This document shows positions 21,201-28,620 of a DNA stretch of 64,000 nt, one piece after another. A program made the translations under genes and the position numbers. Origin of the DNA: Eledone cirrhosa (lineage: Eukaryota); contig OZ024744.1 in assembly GCA_964016885.1 (NCBI GenBank), positions 51,646,001 to 51,710,000 of the forward strand, written 5' to 3'. The notes under the pieces were generated by a model. That model saw only the letters and a program-made list of their open reading frames with translations. It was not told the DNA's origin and ran no database searches. Within the stretch, counting starts at the first letter, position 1. Every line of letters starts with the position of its first letter.

Positions 21201-21710
21201 AACTTCCAGAAATCTCTGGCCTGGCAGTGCTACCGAGGAGCCTTGCCAGTTCGGGATAAACTCTACAGGCATGGAGGTGCCGTCAGCCGGGCATGTCCGA
21301 GATGCGCGCAGGGCGACGAAACCGTCCTGCACGCACTCGTCCAGTGTCCGAAAATTGCTGACTTGTGGGTTTATGTCGAACACCTGCTGTCGCGTTTAGG
21401 ACGGATCCAGCTATCATCTGAGTCTATCGTGAGGATTGCCCCGCCCTCCTCCTTTAGCCGGGAAGGGCAGGCAGTTTTTATCTGTCTGGTGGCCATGGCG
21501 AAAGAGATAGTATGGTGGACACGTTTGAAAGGGCTGAAGACGAGCACTTACCTCTTCGGTGATGCTCTGATTGACTTTTTCAAATTTCATTTGAAAAGGA
21601 AAATCAGAGTAGAGAAGGAAGTGCTCTCTTCCCAGCATTTTGTTGAAAGATGGGTGAGAGAAGCAAGAATGGCCCGAGTGAATGGGCCGACTCTGAGTAT
21701 ATATCTGTAA
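18291..21710 (+). CDS. LINE ORF2 (APE-RT), copy 3
   Basis: Intact; TEARCC and private IASII. Confidence 0.97.
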   Translation: MTSLRIGSINARGLGSSWKQGHLLNDLRSLNIDVVAISETRISEARAFAPIFGGYDVYASPSRPGSGGGVAVLFRRGLDLAIRAIFLDPEGKLVVLDVTSGDGQAFRLVAVYAPTGAGRPDFFRRLETFLGTSRSLVLVGDWNGILDARWDCVGLADRGGGCKSLTNLLRRFELSDRYRLDFPNVPMWTWTNRIGSSRSYLDRVFCREIDRSSIGCPQFKIVSYTDHKFVTCVLDLDRLHRRGPGYWKLNASLPARKAYRDRISELVKRALTGAIVNNKWWFALKRAIRIESIRFSKALAIEKNRAEGELVRKLDEALSKGIATDVLAAKLALDQFFNAKHEGCVVRARVRALRHEGTKAVQWARVAEARRGNKATIRSLVDHDGRMLLDPGQMCEAFQRHFAQLFGGSGGPGRGMDFSVYLDGLPRLSATEARCCEKPITAAEVREAMTGCTRGKSPGLDGLPYELYVQMPDLFGGLLADVYCNWQQNGRIPSSVSRGAVALLRKDPNKGDNIDNFRPITLLNTEFKILAKVLAKRLALVVGGLVGEAQTCAIPDRSIHDNLHLMRYIVERVAREPGTGGSLINLDQSKAFDRVDHRYLAAVLRAAGFGPVFRGWIAAMHSDICSVVRVNGHLSEPFNIMRSVRQGCPLSSLLYVLTLEPLLHKLETLRGVPRELGCGRSVSAYADDVTVVVSNAKHIEAIGTTLREYEAVTGAMINQEKSVGLQLGTWRGRSMPSNSVVGRWTDGPVKLLGVWFGPDLQTDKNWDEVTSRVASLTQKWAERKLSLKGRAEVANAYIASIICYRLTVVPCPKPRLTALERLLFRFLWKGRAPMVRRSICCQHPLRGGLGMPWLMMRRHALRLRHLHLFLDGDQVWSPFARRVFPQLVSLTELQSWVKRRPRGSAWRLECLQALTALDQSGNVIGGNSTSAFYRGLVEGKSDDVLGETLGVDENQLANLFGRTFGPGPMDNFQKSLAWQCYRGALPVRDKLYRHGGAVSRACPRCAQGDETVLHALVQCPKIADLWVYVEHLLSRLGRIQLSSESIVRIAPPSSFSREGQAVFICLVAMAKEIVWWTRLKGLKTSTYLFGDALIDFFKFHLKRKIRVEKEVLSSQHFVERWVREARMARVNGPTLSIYL

Positions 21711-21970
21711 ACTAAAGGTGGAAAACTGGGAGAGGGCACTTGCCTTGGTGGTCAGGGTCATTGTGGCTTTTTACTGGGCTTTCTCCACAAATGTCCCTCC
21801 GAAGTCTCCCCCCTATTGGGGAATTTTTCATTGTTATTTTCATTGTTATTTTTGTTACATCCTCTGTTTTTGTTTTTTTACACGCAGAAATGCCCATTTG
21901 TACCGTCCTGCATTGTCCTGCACTGTCCTTAATGTCTACTTTATGTAAACCCTTGTGGTTAATAAAGAAA

Positions 21971-21972
<2 letters not shown>

Positions 21973-22053
<81 letters not shown>
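21973..22053. repeat. (ATT)27 spacer
   Basis: Counted from sequence. Confidence 0.95.
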
Positions 22054-22532
22054 GTTGTCCATAGGCCCCGGCCCGAAAGTCCTTCCGAAGAGATTGGCTA
22101 GTTGATTTTCGTCGACGCCTAGAGTTTCTGCAAGTACGTCGTCGCTCTTCCCCTCCACTAATCCCCTATAGAACGCCAAGGTGGAGTTTCCACCGATCAC
22201 ATTGCCCGATTGGTCGAGGACTGTGAGCGCCTGAAGACATTCCAGTCTCCAAGCGCTCCCTCTCGGTCTTCGCTTGACCCAGGACTGCAGCTCCGTCAAG
22301 GAGACGAGCTGGGGAAAAACGTGTCTTGCAAACGGCGACCACACCTGATCACCGTCGAGGAAGAGGTGGAGATGTCGTAGCCTGAGCGCGTGTCTGCGCA
22401 TCATCAGCCACGGCATGCCCAGCCCTCCACGTTTTTTTTACACGCAGAAATGCCCATTTGTACCGTCCTGTATTGTCCTGTACTGTCCTTAATGTCTACT
22501 TTATTTGAACCCTTGTGGTTAATAAAGAAAAC
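22054..22532 (+). mobile_element. 5'-truncated, 5'-inverted copy of the Tx1-like LINE
   Basis: 22054-22432 is the reverse complement of ORF2 nt 20825-21203 (copy 3 coordinates). 22431-22532 is the forward final ~100 nt of the 3' UTR with AATAAA, followed by a degenerate ATT/GTT tail. More diverged than the full-length copies. Confidence 0.9.
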
Positions 22533-22554
22533 ATTATTATTGTTATTGTTATTA
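22533..22554. repeat. Degenerate (ATT/GTT)n shared tail
   Basis: attattattgttattgttatta. Confidence 0.85.
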
Positions 22555-22900
22555 CTTTTTGAGTCTCAGTCATTGATGCTAGTTAACTGGAAAGTTTGTT
22601 GAAATGAATATCAAGCCACTACCTGCCGCCTCAGATATTCAGGACGTATCGGAGGGTTCTTGCTGTTCCCAGCAAGCATGCCTTTTGAAGCGTTCCAAAA
22701 AGCGTGAAGGGGCCAATTTTCTTTAACCATCCCTGGAAACTGTTTGAGATAGTCCCCAGTGCGCCTATGACAATCGGGATCACTTTGACTTCATGGCAGT
22801 TCCAAATCCTTTTTACCTCCCACTTTAAGTCCTGGTATCGGTTAATTTTCTCCCTCTCCTTCTCTTGCACTCTCGTGTCGAATGGGCAGGCCACATCCAC
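22555..22900 (-). mobile_element. Short 5'-truncated Dong family A copy (RLE C-terminus + 3' UTR)
   Basis: Near-identical to 1387-1733; encodes VDVACPFDTRV...RYVLNI*; ends at (TAT)n. Confidence 0.9.

Positions 22901-22937
<37 letters not shown>
22901..22937. repeat. (TAT)n spacer / tail of Dong B
   Basis: Direct reading. Confidence 0.95.
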
Positions 22938-25900
22938 TGCATTTATCTTGCTTTATGTTTATACGAGTTATCACCAAGTCACAACCAGTGACCTCAAGAG
23001 ACAACAAGGTCCGCCATGTTCAAGAAAGAACACACATATTCACACATGCATCCTTAGTGTTTAGACTTGTGATGTACTTATATTGACAGGATCTTCCTTA
23101 GTATATGGGCAGTTCCCATTAGTACTATCTTTTGTATTTCTCCTATACGCGGGTTTCCTGGGATTTGCGATAAGTAGTCGTTAGACCCCTTAGGTATCAT
23201 TCCCAGAGCGCCTACAACCACTGGTATTGTTTTAGTTCTCAATTTCCACATTTTTCCAATTTCTATCTCCAGGTCCTTATACTTGCTCAATTTTTCAAAT
23301 GTTTTTATAGATACATTCTTGTCTATTGGAACAGACATATCAATTAGCAGGCATACCCTCCTTTGAAAGTCCTTCAATATTATATCAGGTCTATTTGCAT
23401 CTATTTTTCGGTCTGTTTGGATGCTAAAGTTCCACAAGATTGAGATGTGATCTTTTTCAAGTATGGGAGGTGGTTGATGCTCCCACCAATTCTTTTGATG
23501 GGGCAGGTCAAAATGCTTGCACATTATCCAATGTATGTATTGTGCAGCTCTGTCATGCCTGTTTAGGTATTCGGTTGGAGCTATAGGACTGCACATTGAA
23601 ATTATATGGTCAATGGTCTCTGGTTGTTTTTTGCATACACGGCATAATGGGCTGCACCCATCTTTTATTATGTTGGCTTGGTAATTTTTTGTTGGCAGAC
23701 ACTGATCTTGTGCGGATATAATCAGTCCTTCAGTCTCCGATTTCAGTCCAGAGGATGCCAACCACTGATGGGTTAAAGTTTTGTCAACATCAGGATTGTT
23801 AGCTCGCTCTGGGTATTTTCCATACAGAGGCTTTTCTTGCCATTTCTTAGCCAGTTTCTGTAGCAGTTCTTTCTTTGCAGTTACTTTTACCTGCTTTGCT
23901 TTTTCTGTGTTTTCCATTTCAGCAGTAAATGGGACTTCTGAAATTTGTAGTCCATTACTGTATCTTTGTGCATCTTTTGTAATGGAATATGATCTTTTGG
24001 TGCTTTCGTGTTTCAAAACGAGTTTGATCATCCAATCATGTGATTCCCTTAGATATGTGGATAATCCAATTGTTCCAGTTTTCAACGCAATGTCTAACTG
24101 GATTAACCCACGTCCTCCTTCTTTCCTAGGGAGATATATTCTATCTATGTCTGCCTTAGGGTGATGCATTCTGTGCATGGTTAAGAATTTTCGGATTTTT
24201 GTATCGAGCCTACGGATCTCTGTGCTTGACCAGTTGATGACATTGTAACTGTAGGTTACTACTGGTATGGCAAGCGTGTTTATGGCATCGATCCTATTCC
24301 TTGCATTCAATTCCGTTCTTAAGATTGCTCTGACTCTGCGGTAACATTCCTTCCTTATCCTTTCCCTCATTGTCGAGTGCTTGATTCCGTCTCCTTCACA
24401 AACACCTAGATATTTGTAAGTTTGTTCTTGATCAAGCTCTCTTATCACGTTCCCCCGATCAAGATTAATGTCTGAACTCTTCAGCAGCTTTCCTCTGGTG
24501 AACGTTGCTTTGGCGCATTTATCCAGTCCAAACTCCATTTTAATGTCATCACTGAACTGCTTCACAGTGGATAATAGCCCTTGCAATTGTTCATCATTTT
24601 TTGCAAATAGTTTCAGGTCATCCATGTAGAAAAGGTGATTAATGGTTTTGTCATAGACTCTATATCCATGTTTTGTTTCATTGAGCATTTTACTTAATGG
24701 TATAAGTGCGATGCAGAATAAAAGCGGTGATAAAGAGTCACCCTGAAAAATTCCACAATTAATGTTAACTTCTCCAGCTTCCAGTGATTTTGTTTCACTA
24801 TTCAAAAGGAGTGTCGTTCTCCATGTCCTCATACTGAATGACAAAAACCTCCTGATAACGGGGGATATTTTGAAAATCTCTAAACATTTTTCAATCCAAC
24901 TGTGTGGCAAACTATCAAATGCTTTTTTATAATCTATCCAAGCAATCGATAGATTTTTGTGTCTATTATGACAATCTTCCAGTATCATTTTGTTAACCAG
25001 AAGCTGATCCTTACAGCCATATGAGCCTCGTTTACACCCTTTCTGCTCAATGGGAAATAGGTCATTTGTTATCAGGTGGTCATATGTGTATTCAGTTAGG
25101 ACTGATGTTAAAATTTTATACATTGTGGTCAAGCAGGTTATCGGTCTGTAATTTTTGGGATTGTTTGTCTCATCATTCTTCGGTAGCAGGAATGTAATGC
25201 CGTTAACTAGCCATGATGGTATCTTTTCTGGCTCCTTAACTATTTCATTGTAAAGTTGGGCTAACAGCTCATGAGACTCGGTGAAGGCATTTATCCAAAA
25301 GTTTTGTATTTTGTCTTTTCCTGGGGATTTCCATTTGCTGGTTTTTCTTAGAGCCAAGCGCAGCTGTTCAACTGTTATATTTTCCCATGTTTGTTCTTCA
25401 AGGTGAGCTGTTTCTTTCATTTGTCTGTCTATCCATGGGGCATGTATGTTATGAACTTTTTCTTCGGCCCAGATCTTTTCCCAGAATTCTTGCACTTCCT
25501 CCTTGGGTGGTATTGATTTAGCAGTTATTGTTGACTTACCAATTTTTCTGTAGAAGTTTCTTTGGTTGTTTTTGAACATATTATTGTCCTTATAGAATCT
25601 AGATCGTTTTTCAAAGCGCCTTATACGAGCAGCTTTGGCCGACACTTTTTGCTTGATTGTTTCTATCAGCATGTCTATGTCACATGTTGATCTTATACTG
25701 TACTTTTTTTTCAATTTTCTAAGTTTAGTTTGTTTAACATGTTCACCTACTTTATAGTTTGTTAAAATTTCTATGTCAGATCGGAGAAGGTTTATTTGGC
25801 GATTGATGTTATCTTGCCAAGTAGATTTCTTGTGGGAATTCCTTTGTTTTTTCATCTTCACTCCACATAAGTGAGTGGTGACTTTAGCCGATGCATAATA

Positions 25901-26252
25901 GAGATGATTTAAGTCAGTAATGCTTAGTTTGTTTGTGATGATAATGTTTTTGAGAATTATGTTAGTCTTGTGTATTATCTTTTGGTTCTGTTTGGAGTTC
26001 TGGATCTTAGGGAGGGTGTCTCGTTCCCCCATGTCAGATTCTTTCATTTTCATCCATTCGATCATAATTTCATCCTTCAAGTTGGCAAGTTCATTCTCAT
26101 TCATTTCTTTATCATTTACGATCTCATTATTTTCATTTGGAGTTTCATCCTGAGCATGCACTCCCTCCACTTTTTCGCTCCTTTCTTTAATTTGTTCTGT
26201 TGTCAGTGATTCCGCCCCAACTCTGGGATTCGAAGTGTTACAGTTTACCTCG
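22938..26252 (-). mobile_element. R4/Dong-clade RLE non-LTR retrotransposon, family B, 5'-truncated but with an uninterrupted ORF
   Basis: About 140-nt 3' UTR unrelated to family A, followed by (TAA)n on its own strand. No 5' UTR; the ORF abuts the microsatellite. Confidence 0.92.
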
Positions 26253-26284
26253 TTATTATTATTATTATTATTATTGAATGCCAT
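23078..26284 (-). CDS. RT + CCHC + restriction-like endonuclease ORF (1068 aa); first 11 codons (MAF-N8) come from the neighbouring LINE 5' end and the microsatellite
   Basis: KSPGKD, NYRPITCL, WIDYKKAFDS, GIFQGDSLSPLLF, YMDD, YKYLG, GGRGL, CRVC..H..C, RHD, NRPDII..LIDMSVP..K..KY; no internal stops. Confidence 0.85.
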   Translation of the reverse strand: MAFNNNNNNNNEVNCNTSNPRVGAESLTTEQIKERSEKVEGVHAQDETPNENNEIVNDKEMNENELANLKDEIMIEWMKMKESDMGERDTLPKIQNSKQNQKIIHKTNIILKNIIITNKLSITDLNHLYYASAKVTTHLCGVKMKKQRNSHKKSTWQDNINRQINLLRSDIEILTNYKVGEHVKQTKLRKLKKKYSIRSTCDIDMLIETIKQKVSAKAARIRRFEKRSRFYKDNNMFKNNQRNFYRKIGKSTITAKSIPPKEEVQEFWEKIWAEEKVHNIHAPWIDRQMKETAHLEEQTWENITVEQLRLALRKTSKWKSPGKDKIQNFWINAFTESHELLAQLYNEIVKEPEKIPSWLVNGITFLLPKNDETNNPKNYRPITCLTTMYKILTSVLTEYTYDHLITNDLFPIEQKGCKRGSYGCKDQLLVNKMILEDCHNRHKNLSIAWIDYKKAFDSLPHSWIEKCLEIFKISPVIRRFLSFSMRTWRTTLLLNSETKSLEAGEVNINCGIFQGDSLSPLLFCIALIPLSKMLNETKHGYRVYDKTINHLFYMDDLKLFAKNDEQLQGLLSTVKQFSDDIKMEFGLDKCAKATFTRGKLLKSSDINLDRGNVIRELDQEQTYKYLGVCEGDGIKHSTMRERIRKECYRRVRAILRTELNARNRIDAINTLAIPVVTYSYNVINWSSTEIRRLDTKIRKFLTMHRMHHPKADIDRIYLPRKEGGRGLIQLDIALKTGTIGLSTYLRESHDWMIKLVLKHESTKRSYSITKDAQRYSNGLQISEVPFTAEMENTEKAKQVKVTAKKELLQKLAKKWQEKPLYGKYPERANNPDVDKTLTHQWLASSGLKSETEGLIISAQDQCLPTKNYQANIIKDGCSPLCRVCKKQPETIDHIISMCSPIAPTEYLNRHDRAAQYIHWIMCKHFDLPHQKNWWEHQPPPILEKDHISILWNFSIQTDRKIDANRPDIILKDFQRRVCLLIDMSVPIDKNVSIKTFEKLSKYKDLEIEIGKMWKLRTKTIPVVVGALGMIPKGSNDYLSQIPGNPRIGEIQKIVLMGTAHILRKILSI
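26253..26275. repeat. (TTA)n spacer, Dong B 5' end / Tx1 copy 4 5' end
   Basis: Direct reading. Confidence 0.95.
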
Positions 26285-26489
26285 GGTTGACGGAGGCTCG
26301 GCTCTGTAAGGTATAGTAATTTTTAACCGTTAAAACAATTGTAAATTGTTTAAAACTTGAACCAAATTGTTGATAAAGACACCCTCCTCCTCGTGAGAGG
26401 GGTCTTTCTGTCCGTTATTTGGCCCTTCGGGGTTAAATAACCAGTTATTGGGGTTTTGTACCCAATATTCATTTTAAACAAAAAACAAC

Positions 26490-28586
26490 ATGGCTACGAA
26501 AAAGAAATTTCATACGTCACTCCCACTCATTCCGTCTTCTTCTTCCTCAATCATCACTACAGCAGAGAGAAGATTGTCTCTCTCCCTCCCTTCTTTAAAT
26601 GTGTCTCTCTCCCTCCCTTCTCTTTCGCAAGCGACGAAAGAAAAGAAAAGTCTCGTGCAAAGCGTGCAAGGTTTCTCCACGACGACGACGACAGCGACGA
26701 AACAGGTGTGCGGGAAATACGAAAACCCAGTTCATTCGTCTGACGTCAGGAATAATAGCAGTAGCAGCCGTAATAACAACAGCAACAGTGACAATGAAAA
26801 CAACAGTAGCAGCCGCAACAGCATCACCAGCAGCATAAACAACAACAGCATTAGCAGCAGCAACACCAACAACAACCACAGCAACAGCGGCGGAGGCAGT
26901 AGTCGTAGTACCTGCAGCAACAACAAAAGTACCAGCAGCTCTGACGACAACAACAACAGCAGAGAAAAACCAATCTCATTTGCAGGTATTGCGAAAAACT
27001 TGGAAACAATCCTCATAACAAATGAGGAATTAGAGGAAGCGAAGAAGATGGTGACAAAGAACGGACACCGAGCAATCTGCAAGGCAGCGGAAAAATTTTT
27101 CAAAACCCAAGAGCACTGTACGGTCACGTACCGTACAGTAAGTACAAAATCCCGTAGGGTGGAAAGAGCCACAGAGGCCCAAATACAAAAAGCCTTGGGG
27201 TCTGTGTGGCAGCGGAAAACGCACATCACCCGAGGCAAAAAATATGCCACCGTAGACGTACTTTTTGCCACACCCCAGGAGGCAAAGGCCCAATCAGTAG
27301 TGACCCTAAGGAGCGAGGAAATGGTGTTGGTGCCCTCCTACTGCGGGCAAAAAATTGTGAGGGTCAAACTGACCCACGTCCCCCCCGGAATGACCCCTTC
27401 TTGGCTGGCCGCGTCTGTCCTAATCGGAATCGAGGACAAAACAACTGTACTGCAAGTACAGAAAAAAGTAAGAGAAGATTGGGTCGGCTCCTCCATTGAG
27501 ATGCTAATCCAAACCAACCAGGAGTGCATCGAAGCTATCCCGGATGTGATAGACTTCGATAACGGCACTCAACTACCCATAAGTGTTGAGGGCAAACGCC
27601 CGAAATGCTTTCGCTGTGGATCGAAGACTCACCTCAGGGCCTTCTGCAACGAGAAGACCCTGAGAAAGGAGAAAACCCCCCTCCTTCCGAATCCGGCTCC
27701 ACGGCTACCAGCAACAGGACAAGCGGCAACCAGGAACGATAGGTCCGTGGCACCCATACCCACGCCACGGAAATCAAAAACAGCAGCAGCAGTGGAAATA
27801 TTAACAACAACAACAGCAATACCAAATGCAGCTGCAACAGAGACTCCAGTGCAAACATCACCAACAACAACAAGTGAAAGAGTGGAGCTGGTACCCCTCC
27901 CCGACCTTACAGAATCAGACATGGAGTGTGAGGTGGGAGAGGGATGGCAAAAGGTCGCAAGAAGGCACAAACGCAGAAGCAGCGCATCGTCGCCTTTGAA
28001 AAGGGAGGAAAGAAATGAGAAAAGGGTAAAGTCTACTGCAAAGAGACCCACAGCAGCAACACCACCAACACCATCACCACCCACACCAGCACCACCATCA
28101 CCACCGGCGACAACCCCACCGCCAACAACACCTTCAACACCACCACCACAAGCACCAACATCGCAAACACAACAACAAAACACACACACCCAGCAACAAC
28201 GACAAGAAAATAGCAGAACCACACCCCACCCCCAGAAAAACAAATGCACGGCAATAAACACACACAACAAGAAACTAATGACTTACATAATTGAACACAC
28301 AGACATTTCACAACAGGACTACATAATACCAGCACCAATCAAAACGCCAACTAACATAAGACTGCTAAAAATAGCACAGAAACAATACACAAACATTAAA
28401 ACGAAATTCCCCAACGCAGTTGGTGATTTCAGGGACCTAGGAGGAACCATCAATCGAAGAGTATATTCAGACATTCTCTTAGAAGAGCCGACGACCAGCC
28501 GAAGGGACGATTCAACGGTCCCTTCACCAGACGATCAAGTGAAAAGGGATGTAAAAACCATCCCTCCTCTACCAAAAGTACGGTAA
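26490..28586 (+). CDS. LINE ORF1, copy 4 (698 aa)
   Basis: Intact knuckle; about 9 substitutions plus 1 inserted Asn versus copies 1-3. Confidence 0.9.
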   Translation: MATKKKFHTSLPLIPSSSSSIITTAERRLSLSLPSLNVSLSLPSLSQATKEKKSLVQSVQGFSTTTTTATKQVCGKYENPVHSSDVRNNSSSSRNNNSNSDNENNSSSRNSITSSINNNSISSSNTNNNHSNSGGGSSRSTCSNNKSTSSSDDNNNSREKPISFAGIAKNLETILITNEELEEAKKMVTKNGHRAICKAAEKFFKTQEHCTVTYRTVSTKSRRVERATEAQIQKALGSVWQRKTHITRGKKYATVDVLFATPQEAKAQSVVTLRSEEMVLVPSYCGQKIVRVKLTHVPPGMTPSWLAASVLIGIEDKTTVLQVQKKVREDWVGSSIEMLIQTNQECIEAIPDVIDFDNGTQLPISVEGKRPKCFRCGSKTHLRAFCNEKTLRKEKTPLLPNPAPRLPATGQAATRNDRSVAPIPTPRKSKTAAAVEILTTTTAIPNAAATETPVQTSPTTTSERVELVPLPDLTESDMECEVGEGWQKVARRHKRRSSASSPLKREERNEKRVKSTAKRPTAATPPTPSPPTPAPPSPPATTPPPTTPSTPPPQAPTSQTQQQNTHTQQQRQENSRTTPHPQKNKCTAINTHNKKLMTYIIEHTDISQQDYIIPAPIKTPTNIRLLKIAQKQYTNIKTKFPNAVGDFRDLGGTINRRVYSDILLEEPTTSRRDDSTVPSPDDQVKRDVKTIPPLPKVR

Positions 28587-28620
28587 GTGGTCTTTCCCAT
28601 CTTTTCCACTCTATTTAAAC

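Larger units (their letters stand above)
15947..21972 (+). mobile_element. Full-length L1/Tx1-like LINE, copy 3
   Basis: Same termini; shares diagnostic SNPs with copy 2. Confidence 0.93.

Noticed and set aside
3804-21972. Assembly artefact triplicating one LINE
   Set aside because: Copies carry shared and private SNPs and different spacer lengths with ORFs intact. Not formally excluded without reads.
21712-22416. 234-aa minus-strand ORF joining an ORF2 fragment, poly-Asn and antisense 3' UTR
   Set aside because: By-product of the inverted fragment abutting (ATT)27; lacks any catalytic domain.
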